DNA of 64,000 nt, from assembly GCF_009914755.1 (NCBI RefSeq), contig NC_060945.1; one strand, given 5' to 3'. Below the pieces are notes generated by a model. The model had not been told where the DNA came from. It did not search any database and saw only the letters and a list, made by a program, of their open reading frames with translations. The translations under genes were made by a program, and so were the position numbers. Source of the stretch: the human T2T-CHM13v2.0 reference genome, Homo sapiens. Below are positions 33,520 to 48,700 of the stretch, piece by piece; the first letter of the stretch is position 1, and each line of letters opens with the position of its first letter.

Positions 33520-36500
33520 TATTATATACTGTACATAAAATATGAAAGTACATCAAATATATATTTTATTCTGTACATAAAATATTAAAGTACACCAGAT
33601 ATATATTCTATAGTGTACATAAAATAACAAAGTACACAAACTATAAATTATATACTGTACATAAAATATGAAATTACATCAAATATATATTAGGTACATA
33701 AAATATGAAAGTACATCAAACATAGATTATATACTGTACATAAAATTTCAATGTACCCCAAATATATATTTTATACTCTACATGAAATATCAAAGTTCAC
33801 AAACAATATATTATATACTGTACATAAAATATCAAAGTACCCAAGGTATATATTCTATACTATACAAAAAATATCAAAGTACCCAAAGCATGTATTATAT
33901 ACTGTACCTAAAATATGAAAGTACATCAAATATATATTTTATTCTGTACATAAAATATCAAAGTACACCAGATATATATTCTATAGTGTACATAAAATAT
34001 CAAAGTACCCAAACTATACATTATATACTGTACATAAAATATGAAATTACATCAAATATATTTTATATTAGGTACATAAAATATGAAGGTACATCAAATA
34101 TAGATTATATACTGTACATTAAATACCAAAGTACCCCAAATATATATTTTATACTGTACATGAAATATCAAAGTTCACAAACTATATATTATATACTGTA
34201 CATATAATATCAAAGTACCCAAGGTATATATTCTATACTGTACAAAAAATAACAAAGTACCAAAAGCATGTATAATACACTGTACATAAAATATGAAAGT
34301 ACATCAAATATATATTTTATTCTGTACATAAAATATCAAAGTACACCAGATATATATTCTATAGTGTACATAAAATATCAAAGTACCCAAACTATACATT
34401 ATATACTGTAAATAAAATATGAAATTACATCAAATATATTTTATATTAGGTACACAAAATATGAAAGTACATCAAATATAGATTATATACTGTACATTAA
34501 ATACCAAAGTACCCCAAATATATATTTTATACTGTACATGAAATATCAAAGTTCACAAACTATATATTATATGCTGTTCATAATATATCAAAGTCCCCAA
34601 GGTATATATTCTATACTGTACAAAAAATATCAAAGTACCCAAAGCATGTATAATACACTGTACATAAAATATGAAAGTACATCAAATATATATTTTATTC
34701 TGTACATAAAATATCAAAGTACACCAGATATATATTCTATAGTGTGCATAAAATATCAAAGTACCCAAACTATACATTATATACTGTAAATAAAATATGA
34801 AATTACATCAAATATATTTTATATTAGGTACACAAAATATGAAAGTACATCAAATATAGATTATATACTGTACATTAAATACCAAAGTACCCCAAATATA
34901 TATTTTATACTGTACATGAAATATCAAAGTTCACAAACTATATATTATATACTGTTCATAAAATATCAAAGTCCCCAAGGTATATATTCTATACTGTACA
35001 AAAAATATCAAAGTACCCAAAGCATGTATTATATACTGTAAATAAAATATGAAAGTACATCAAATATATATTTTATTCTGTACATAATATATCAAAGTAC
35101 ACCAGATATATATTCTATAGTGTACATAAAATAACAAAGTACACAAACTATACATTATATACTGTACATAAAATATGAAATTACATCAAATATATATTAG
35201 GTACATAAAATATGAAAGTACATCAAATATAGATTATATACTGTACATAAAATATCAATGTACCCCAAATATATATTTTATACTATACATGAAATATCAA
35301 AGTTCACAAACCATATATTGTATACTGCACATAAAATATCAAAGTACCCAAGGTATATGTCCTATACTGTACAAAAAATATCAAAGTACCCAAAGCATGT
35401 ATTATATACTGTACCTAAAATATGAAAGTACATCAAATATATATTTTATTCCGTACATAAAATATCAAAGTACACCAGATATATATTCTATAGTGTACAT
35501 AAAATATGAAAGTACACAAACTATACATTATATACTGTACATAATATATGAAATTACATCAAATATATATTATATAAGGTACATAAAATATGAAAGTACA
35601 TCAAATATAGATTATATACTGTACATTAAATACCAAAGAACAACAAATATATATTATATACTCTACATGAAATATCAAAGTTCACAAACTATATATTATA
35701 TACTGTACATAAAATATCAAAGTACCCAAGGTATATATTCTATACTGTACAAAAAATATCAAAGTACCCAAAGCATGTATTATATACTGTATATAAAATA
35801 TGAAAGTACATCAAATATATATTTTATTCTGTACATAAAATGTCAAAGTACACCAGATATATATTCTATAGTGTACATAAAATAACAAAGTACAAAAACT
35901 ATAAATTATATACTGTACATAAAATATGAAATTACATCAAATATATATTAGGCACATAAAATATGAAAGCACATCAAATATAGATTATATACTGTACATA
36001 AAATATCAAAGTACCCCAAATATATATTATATACTCTACATGAAATATCAAAGTTCACAAACTATATATTATATACTGTACATAAAATATCAAAGTACCC
36101 AAGGTATATATTCTATAATGTACAAAAAATATCAAAGTACCCAAAGCGTGTATTATATACTGTATATAAAATATGAAATTACATCAAATATATATTTTAT
36201 TCTGTACATAAAATATCAAAGTACACCAGATATATATTCTGTAGTGTACATAAAATATCAAAGTACCCAAACTATACATTATATACTGTACATAAAATAT
36301 GAAATTACATCAAATATATATTATATTAGGTACATAAAATATGAAAGTACATCAAATATAGATTATATACTGTACATTAAATACCAAAGTACCCCAAATA
36401 TATATTTTATACTGTACATGAAATATCAAAGTTCACAAACTATATATTATATACTGTACATAAAATATCAAAGTACCCAAGGTATATATTCTATACTGTA

Positions 36501-39500
36501 CAAAAAATATCAAAGTACCCAAAGCATGTATTATATACTGTACCTAAAATATGAAAGTACATCAAATATATATTTTATTCTGTACATAAAATATCAAAGT
36601 ACACCAGATATATATTCTATAGTGTACATAAAATATCAAAGTACCCAAACTATACATTATATACTCTATATAAAATATGAGATTACATCAAATATATATT
36701 ATATTAGGTACATAAAATATGAAAGTACATCAAATATAGACTATATACTGTACATTAAATACCAAAGTACCACAAATATATATTTTATACTGTACATGAA
36801 ATATCAAAGTACACACACTATATATTATATACTGTACATAAAATATCAAAGTACCCAACTTATATATTCTATACTGTACAAAAAACATCAAAGTACCCAA
36901 AGCATGTATTATATACTGTACATAAAATATGAAAGTACATCAAATATATCTTTTATTCTGTACATAATATATCAAAGTACACCAGATATATATTCTATAG
37001 TGTACATAAAATAACAAAGTACAAAAAATATAAATTCTATACTGTACCTAAAATATGAAATTACATCAAACACATATTAGGTACATAAAATATGAAAGTA
37101 CATGAAATATAGATTATATACTGTACATAAAATATCAATGTACCCCAAATATATATTTTATACTCTACATGAAATATGAAATTTCACAAACTATATATTA
37201 TATACTGTACATAAAATATCAAAGTACCCAAGGTATATATTCTATACTGTACAAAAAATATCAAAGTACCCAAAGCATGTATTTTATACTGTACATAAAA
37301 TATGAAAGTACATCAAATATATATTTTATTCTGTACATGAAATATCAAACTACCCAAAACATGTATTATATACTGTACATAAAATATCAAAGTATCCATG
37401 GTATATATTCTATACTGTACATGAAATATCAAAGTTCAAAAACTATATATTATATACTGTACATAAAATATCAAAGTACCCATGGTATATATTCTATACT
37501 GTACAAAAAATACCAAAGTACCCAAAGCATGTATTATATACTGTACATAAAATATGAAAGTACATCAAATATATATTTTATTCTGTACATAAAATATTAA
37601 AGTACACCAGATATATATTCTATAGTGTACATAAAATAACAAAGTACACAAACTATAAATTATATACTGTACATAAAATATGAAATTACATCAAATATAT
37701 ATTAGGTACATAAAATATGAAAGTACATCAAACATAGATTATATACTGTACATAAAATTTCAATGTACCCCAAATATATATTTTATACTCTACATGAAAT
37801 ATCAAAGTTCACAAACCATATATTATATACTGTACATAAAATATCAAAGTACCCAAGGTATATATTCTATACTATACAAAAAATATCAAAGTACCCAAAG
37901 CATGTATTATATACTGTACCTAAAATATGAAAGTACATCAAATATATATTTTATTCTGTACATAAAATATCAAAGTACACCAGATATATATTCTATAGTG
38001 TACATAAAATATCAAAGTACCCAAACTATACATCATATACTGTACATAAAATATGAAATTACATCAAATATATTTTATATTAGGTACATAAAATATGAAG
38101 GTACATCAAATATAGATTATATACTGTACATTAAATACCAAAGTACCCCAAATATATATTTTATACTGTACATGAAATATCAAAGTTCACAAACTATATA
38201 TTATATACTGTACATATAATATCAAAGTACCCAAGGTATATATTCTATACTGTACAAAAAATAACAAAGTACCAAAAGCATGTATAATACACTGTACATA
38301 AAATATGAAAGTACATCAAATATATATTTTATTCTGTACATAAAATATCAAAGTACACCAGATATATATTCTATAGTGTACATAAAATATCAAAGTACCC
38401 AAACTATACATTATATACTGTAAATAAAATATGAAATTACATCAAATATATTTTATATTAGGTACACAAAATATGAAAGTACATCAAATATAGATTATAT
38501 ACTGTACATTAAATACCAAAGTACCCCAAATATATATTTTATACTGTACATGAAATATCAAAGTTCACAAACTATATATTATATGCTGTTCATAATATAT
38601 CAAAGTCCCCAAGGTATATATTCTATACTGTACAAAAAATATCAAAGTACCCAAAGCATGTATAATACACTGTACATAAAATATGAAAGTACATCAAATA
38701 TATATTTTATTCTGTACATAAAATATCAAAGTACACCAGATATATATTCTATAGTGTGCATAAAATATCAAAGTACCCAAACTATACATTATATACTGTA
38801 AATAAAATATGAAATTACATCAAATATATTTTATATTAGGTACACAAAATATGAAAGTACATCAAATATAGATTATATACTGTACATTAAATACCAAAGT
38901 ACCCCAAATATATATTTTATACTGTACATGAAATATCAAAGTTCACAAACTATATATTATATACTGTTCATAAAATATCAAAGTCCCCAAGGTATATATT
39001 CTATACTGTACAAAAAATATCAAAGTACCCAAAGCATGTATTATATACTGTAAATAAAATATGAAAGTACATCAAATATATATTTTATTCTGTACATAAT
39101 ATATCAAAGTACACCAGATATATATTCTATAGTGTACATAAAATAACAAAGTACACAAACTATACATTATATACTGTACATAAAATATGAAATTACATCA
39201 AATATATATTAGGTACATAAAATATGAAAGTACATCAAATATAGATTATATACTGTACATAAAATATCAATGTACCCCAAATATATATTTTATACTATAC
39301 ATGAAATATCAAAGTTCACAAACCATATATTGTATACTGCACATAAAATATCAAAGTACCCAAGGTATATGTCCTATACTGTACAAAAAATATCAAAGTA
39401 CCCAAAGCATGTATTATATACTGTACCTAAAATATGAAAGTACATCAAATATATATTTTATTCCGTACATAAAATATCAAAGTACACCAGATATATATTC

Positions 39501-42500
39501 TATAGTGTACATAAAATATGAAAGTACACAAACTATACATTATATACTGTACATAATATATGAAATTACATCAAATATATATTATATAAGGTACATAAAA
39601 TATGAAAGTACATCAAATATAGATTATATACTGTACATTAAATACCAAAGAACAACAAATATATATTATATACTCTACATGAAATATCAAAGTTCACAAA
39701 CTATATATTATATACTGTACATAAAATATCAAAGTACCCAAGGTATATATTCTATACTGTACAAAAAATATCAAAGTACCCAAAGCATGTATTATATACT
39801 GTATATAAAATATGAAAGTACATCAAATATATATTTTATTCTGTACATAAAATATCAAAGTACACCAGATATATATTCTATAGTGTACATAAAATAACAA
39901 AGTACAAAAACTATAAATTATATACTGTACATAAAATATGAAATTACATCAAATATATATTAGGCACATAAAATATGAAAGTACATCAAATATAGATTAT
40001 ATACTGTACATAAAATATCAAAGTACCCCAAATATATATTATATACTCTACATGAAATATCAAAGTTCACAAACTATATATTATATACTGTACATAAAAT
40101 ATCAAAGTACCCAAGGTATATATTCTATAATGTACAAAAAATATCAAAGTACCCAAAGCGTGTATTATATACTGTATATAAAATATGAAATTACATCAAA
40201 TATATATTTTATTCTGTACATAAAATATCAAAGTACACCAGATATATATTCTGTAGTGTACATAAAATATCAAAGTACCCAAACTATACATTATATACTG
40301 TACATAAAATATGAAATTACATCAAATATATATTATATTAGGTACATAAAATATGAAAGTACATCAAATATAGATTATATACTGTACATTAAATACCAAA
40401 GTACCCCAAATATATATTTTATACTGTACATGAAATATCAAAGTTCACAAACTATATATTATATACTGTACATAAAATATCAAAGTACCCAAGGTATATA
40501 TTCTATACTGTACAAAAAATATCAAAGTACCCAAAGCATGTATTATATACTGTACCTAAAATATGAAAGTACATCAAATATATATTTTATTCTGTACATA
40601 AAATATCAAAGTACACCAGATATATATTCTATAGTGTACATAAAATATCAAAGTACCCAAACTATACATTATATACTGTACATAAAATATGAAATTACAT
40701 CAAACATATATTATATTAGGTACATAAAATATGAAAGTACATCAAATATAGATTATACACTGTACATAAAATATCAAAGTACCCCAAATATATATTTTAT
40801 ACTGTACATGAAATATCAAAGTTCACAAACTATATATTATATACTGTACATAAAATAAAGTCCCCAAGGTATATATTCTATACTGTACAAAAATATCAAA
40901 GTACCCAAAGCATGTATTATATACACTACATAAAATATGAAATTACATCAAATATATATTTTATTCTGTACATAAAATATCAAAGTACACCAGATATATA
41001 TTCTATAGTGTACATAAAATAACAAAGTACACAAACTATAAATTATATACTGTACATAAAATATGAAATTACATCAAATATATATTAGGTACATAAAATA
41101 TGAAAGTACATCAAACATAGATTATATACTGTACATAAAATTTCAATGTACCCCAAATATATATTTTATACTCTACATGAAATATCAAAGTTCACAAACC
41201 ATATATTATATACTGTACATAAAATATCAAAGTACCCAAGGTATATATTCTATACTATACAAAAAATATCAAAGTACCCAAAGCATGTATTATATACTGT
41301 ACCTAAAATATGAAAGTACATCAAATATATATTTTATTCTGTACATAAAATATCAAAGTACACCAGATATATATTCTATAGTGTACATAAAATATCAAAG
41401 TACCCAAACTATACATTATATACTGTACATAAAATATGAAATTACATCAAATATATTTTATATTAGGTACATAAAATATGAAGGTACATCAAATATAGAT
41501 TATATACTGTACATTAAATACCAAAGTACCCCAAATATATATTTTATACTGTACATGAAATATCAAAGTTCACAAACTATATATTATATACTGTACATAT
41601 AATATCAAAGTACCCAAGGTATATATTCTATACTGTACAAAAAATAACAAAGTACCAAAAGCATGTATAATACACTGTACATAAAATATGAAAGTACATC
41701 AAATATATATTTTATTCTGTACATAAAATATCAAAGTACACCAGATATATATTCTATAGTGTACATAAAATATCAAAGTACCCAAACTATACATTATATA
41801 CTGTAAATAAAATATGAAATTACATCAAATATATTTTATATTAGGTACACAAAATATGAAAGTACATCAAATATAGATTATATACTGTACATTAAATACC
41901 AAAGTACCCCAAATATATATTTTATACTGTACATGAAATATCAAAGTTCACAAACTATATATTATATGCTGTTCATAATATATCAAAGTCCCCAAGGTAT
42001 ATATTCTATACTGTACAAAAAATATCAAAGTACCCAAAGCATGTATAATACACTGTACATAAAATATGAAAGTACATCAAATATATATTTTCTTCTGTAC
42101 ATAAAATATCAAAGTACACCAGATATATATTCTATAGTGTGCATAAAATATCAAAGTACCCAAACTATACATTATATACTGTAAATAAAATATGAAATTA
42201 CATCAAATATATTTTATATTAGGTACACAAAATATGAAAGTACATCAAATATAGATTATATACTGTACATTAAATACCAAAGTACCCCAAATATATATTT
42301 TATACTGTACATGAAATATCAAAGTTCACAAACTATATATTATATACTGTTCATAAAATATCAAAGTCCCCAAGGTATATATTCTATACTGTACAAAAAA
42401 TATCAAAGTACCCAAAGCATGTATTATATACTGTAAATAAAATATGAAAGTACATCAAATATATATTTTATTCTGTACATAATATATCAAAGTACACCAG

Positions 42501-44030
42501 ATATATATTCTATAGTGTACATAAAATAACAAAGTACACAAACTATACATTATATACTGTACATAAAATATGAAATTACATCAAATATATATTAGGTACA
42601 TAAAATATGAAAGTACATCAAATATAGATTATATACTGTACATAAAATATCAATATACCCCAAATATATATTTTATACTGTACATGAAATATCAAAGTTC
42701 ACAAACTATATATTATATGCTGTTCATAATATATCAAAGTCCCCAAGGTATATATTCTATACTGTACAAAAAATATCAAAGTACCCAAAGCATGTATTAT
42801 ATACTGTACATAAAATATGAAAGTACATCAAATATATATTTTATTCTGTACATAAAATATCAAAGTACACCAGATATATATTCTATAGTGTACATAAAAT
42901 ATCAAAGTACACAAAATATACATTATATACTGTACATAAAATATGAAATTACATCAAATATATATTATATAAAGTACATAAAATATGAAAGTACATCAAA
43001 TATAGATTATATACTGTACATTAAATACCAAAGAACCCCAAATATATATTATATACTCTACATGAAATATCAAAGTTCACAAACTATATATTATATACTG
43101 TACATAAAATATCAAAGTACCCAAGGTATATATTCTATACTGTACAAAAAATATCAAAGTACCCAAAGCATGTATTATATACTGTATATAAAATATGAAA
43201 GTACATCAAATATATATTTTATTCTGTACATAAAATATCAAAGTACACCAGATATATATTCTATAGTGTACATAAAATAACAAAGTACAAAAACTATAAA
43301 TTATATACTGTACATAAAATATGAAATTACATCAAATATATATTAGGCACATAAAATATGAAAGTACATCAAATATAGATTATATACTGTACATAAAATA
43401 TCAAAGTACACCAAATACATATTATATACTCTACATGAAATATCAAAGTTCACAAACTATATATTATATACTGTACATAAAATATCAAAGTACCCAAGGT
43501 ATATATTCTATAATGTACAAAAAATATCAAAGTACCCAAAGCGTGTATTATATACTGTATATAAAATATGAAATTACATCAGATATATATTTTATTCTGT
43601 ACATAAAATATCAAAGTACACCAGATATATATTCTGTAGTGTACATAAAATATCAAAGTACCCAAACTATACATTACATACTGTACATAAAATATGAGAT
43701 TACATCACATATATATTATATTAGGTACATAAAATATGAAAGTACATCAAATATAGATTATATACTGTACATTAAATACCAAAGTACCCCAAATATATAT
43801 TTTATACTGTACATGAAATATCAAAGTTCACAAACTATATATTATATACTGTACATAAAATATCAAAGTACCCAAGGTATATATTCTATACTGTACAAAA
43901 AATATCAAAGTACCCAAAGCATGTATTATATACTGTACCTAAAATATGAAAGTACATCAAATATATATTTTATTCTGTACATAAAATATCAAAGTACACC
44001 AGATATATATTCTATAGTGTACATAAAATA
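33520..44030 (+). repeat. ~3.1-kb block present three times (offsets 4012, then 3383)
   Basis: ORF triplets 33668/37680/41063, 34538/38550/41933, 35175/39187/42570 and 35926/39938/43321. Shared variants include AAATTTCAATG, GAAGGTAC, ATGCTGTTCATAAT, GTGTGCAT and AGGCACAT. Confidence 0.9.
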
Positions 44031-46699
44031 ACAAAGTTCAAAAACTATAAATTATAAACTGTACATAAAATATGAAATTACATCAAATATATATTAGGTA
44101 CATAAAATATGAAAGTACATCAAATATAGATTATATACTGTACATAAAATATCAATGTACCCCAAATATATATTTTATACTCTACATGAAATATCAAAGT
44201 TCACAAACCATATATTATATACTGTACATAAAATATCAAAGTGCCCAAGGTATATATTCTATACTATACAGAAAATATCAAAGTGCCCAAAGCATGTATT
44301 ATATACTGTACCTAAAATATGAAAGTACATCAAATATATATTTTATTCTGTACTTAAAATATCAAAGTACACCAGATATATATTCTATAGTGTACATAAA
44401 ATATCAAAGTACCCAAACTATACATTATATACTGTACATAAAATATGAAATTACATCAAATATATATTATATTAGGTACATAAAATATGAAAGTACATCA
44501 AATATAGATTATATACTGTACACTAAATACCAAAGTACCCCAAATATATATTTTATACTGTATATGAAATATCAAAGTTCACAAACTATATATTATATAC
44601 TGTACATAAAATATCAAAGTACCCAAGGTATATATTCTATACTGTACAAAAAATATCAAAGTACCCAAAGCATGTATTATATACTGTACCTAAAATATGA
44701 AAGTACATCAAATATATATTTTATTCTGTACATAAAATATCAAAGTACACCAGATATATATTCTATAGTGTACATAAAATATCAAAGTACCCAAACTATA
44801 CATTATATACTGTACATAAAATATGAAATTACATCAAATATATATTATATTAGGTACATAAAATATGAAAGCACATCAAATATAGATTATACACTGTACA
44901 TAAAATATCAAAGTACCCCAAATATATATTTTATACTGTACATGAAATATCAAAGTTCACAAACTATATATTATATACTGTAAATAAAATAAAGTCCCCA
45001 AGGTATATATTCTATACTGTACAAAAATATCAAAGTACCCAAAGCATGTATTATATACAGTACATAAAATATGAAAGTACATCAAATATATATTTTATTC
45101 TGTACATAAAATATCAAAGAACACCAGATATATATTCTATAGTGTACATAAAATAACAAAGTACACAAACTATAAATTATATACTGTACATAAAATATGA
45201 AATTACATCAAATATATATTAGGTACATAAAATATGAAAGTACATCAAACATAGATTATATACTGTACATAAAATTTCAATGTACCCCAAATATATATTT
45301 TATACTCTACATGAAATATCAAAGTTCACAAACCATATATTATATACTGTACATAAAATATCAAAGTACCCAAGGTATATATTCTATACTATACAAAAAA
45401 TATCAAAGTACCCAAAGCATGTATTATATACTGTACCTAAAATATGAAAGTACATCAAATATATATTTTATTCTGTACATAAAATATCAAATACACCAGA
45501 TATATATTCTATAGTGTACATAAAATATCAAAGTACCCAAACTATACATTATATACTGTACATAAAATATGAAATTACATCAAATATATTTTATATTAGG
45601 TATATAAAATATGAAAGTACATCAAATATAGATTATATACTGTACATTAAATACCAAAGTACCCCAAATATATATTTTATACTGTACATGAAATATCAAA
45701 GTTCACAAACTCTATAATATATACTGTACATATAATATCAAAGTACCCAAGGTATATATTCTATAGTGTACAAAAAATAACAAAGTACCAAAAGCATGTA
45801 TAATACACTGTACATAAAATATGAAAGTACATCAAATATATATTTTATTCTGTACATAAAATATCAAAGTACACCAGATATATATTCTATAGTGTACATA
45901 AACTATCAAAGTACCCAAACTATACGTTATATACTGTAAATAAAATATGAAATTACATCAAATATATTTTATATTAGGTACACAAAATATGAAAGTACAT
46001 CAAATATAGATTATATACTGTACACTAAATACCAAAGTACCCCAAATATATATTTTATACTGTACATGAAATATCAAAGTTCACAAACTATATATTATAT
46101 ACTGTACATAAAATATCAAAGTACCCAAGGTATATATTCTATACTGTACAAAAAATATCAAAGTACCCAAAGCATGTATTATATACTGTACCTAAAATAT
46201 GAAAGTACATCAAATATATATTTTATTCTGTACATAAAATATCAAAGTACACCAGATATATATTCTATAGTGTACATAAAATATCAAAGTACCCAAACTA
46301 TACATTATATACTGTACATAAAATATGAAATTACATCAAATATATATTATATAAGGTACATAAAATATGAAAGTACATCAAATATAGATTATATACTGTA
46401 CATTAAATACCAAAGTACCCCAAATATATATTTTATACTGTACATGAAATATCAAAGTTCACAAACTATATATTATATACTGTACATAAAATATCAAAGT
46501 ACCCAAGGTATATATTGTATACTGTACAAAAAATATCAAAGTACCCAAAGCATGTATTATATACTGGACCTAAAATATGAAAGTACATCAAATATATATT
46601 TTATTCTGTACATAAAATATCAAAATACACCAAATGTATATTCTATACTGTACATAAAATATCAAAGTACCCAAACTATACATTATATACTGTACATAA

Positions 46700-48700
46700 A
46701 ATATGAAATTACATCAAATATATATTATATTAGGTACATAAAATATGAACGTACATCAAATATAGATTATACACTGTACATAAAATATCAAAGTACCGCA
46801 AATATATATTATATACTCTACATGAAATATCAAAGTTCACAAACTATATATTATATACTGTACATAAAATAAAGTCCCCAAGGTATATATTCTATACTGT
46901 AGAAAAAATATCAAAGTACGCAAAGCATGTATTATATACTGTATATAAAATATGAAAGTACATCAAATATATATTTTATTCTGTACATAAAATATCAAAG
47001 TACACCAGATATATATTCTATAGTGTACATAAAATAACAAAGTTCAAAAACTATAAATTATAAACTGTACATAAAATATGAAATTACATCAAATATATAT
47101 TAGGTACATAAAATATGATAGTACATCAAATATAGATTATATACTGTACATAAAATATCAATGTACCCCAAATATATATTTTATACTCTACATGAAATAT
47201 CAAAGTTCACAAACCATATATTATATACTGTACATAAAATATCAAAGTACCCAAGGTATATATTCTATACTATACAAAAAATATCAAAGTACCCAAAGCA
47301 TGTATTATATACTGTACCTAAAATATGAAAGTACATCAAATATATATTTTATTCTGTACATAAAATATCAAAGTACACCAGATATATATTCTATAGTGTA
47401 CATAAAATATCAAAGTACCCAAACTATACATTATATACTGTACATAAAATATGAAATTACATCAAATATATATTATATTAGGTACATAAAATATGAAAGT
47501 ACATCAAATATAGATTATACACTGTACATAAAATATCAAAGTACCCCAAATATATATTATATACTCTACATGAAATATCAAAGTTTGCAAACTATATATT
47601 ATATACTGTACATAAAATAAAGTCCCCAAGGTATATATTCTATACTGTAGAAAAAATATCAAAGTACCCAAAGCATGTATTATATACTGTATATAAAATA
47701 TGAAAGTACATCAAATGTATATTTTATTCTGTACATAAAATATCAAAGTACACCAGATATATATTCTATAGTGTACATAAAATAACAAAGTACACAAACT
47801 ATAAATTATATACTGTACATAAAATATGAAATTACATCAAATATATATTAGGTACATAAAATATGAAAGTACATCAAATATAGATTATATACTGTACATA
47901 TATTATCAATGTACCCCAAATATATATTTTATACTCTACATGAAATATCAAAGTTCACAAACCATATATTATATACTGTACATAAAATATCAAAGTACCC
48001 AAGGTATATATTCTATACTATACAAAAAATATCAAAGTACCCAAAGCATGTATTATATACTGTACCTAAAATATGAAAGTACATCAAATATATATTTTAT
48101 TCTGTACATAAAATATCAAAGTACACCAGATATATATTCTATAGTGTACATAAAATATCAAAGTACCCAAACTATACATTATATACTGTACATAAAATAT
48201 GTAATTACATCAAATATATATTATATTAGGTACATAAAATATGAAAGTACATCAAATATAGATTATACACTGTACATAAAATATCAATGTACCCCAAATA
48301 TATATCATATACTCTACATGAAATATCAAAGTTTGCAAACTATATATTATATACTGTACATAAAATAAAGTCCCCAAGGTATATATTCTATACTGTAGAA
48401 AAAATATCAAAGTACGCAAAGCATGTATTATATACTGTATATAAAATATGAAAGTACATCAAATGTATATTTTATTCTGTACATAAAATATCAAAGTACA
48501 CCAGATATATATTCTATAGTGTACATAAAATAACAAAGTACACAAACTATAAATTATATACTGTACATAAAATATGAAATTACATCAAATATATATTAGG
48601 TACATAAAATATGAAAGTACATCAAATATAGATTATATACTGTACATATATTATCAATGTACCCCAAATATGTATTTTATACTCTACATGAAATATCAAA
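46700..48700 (+). repeat. 748-bp (18-mer, 373+375) tandem units
   Basis: ORF starts 47078/47826/48574 and ends 46872/47620/48368 have period 748 = 756-5-3. Shared variants include GATTATACACTG, AAAATAAAGTCCCC and AGTTTGCAAA. Confidence 0.85.
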
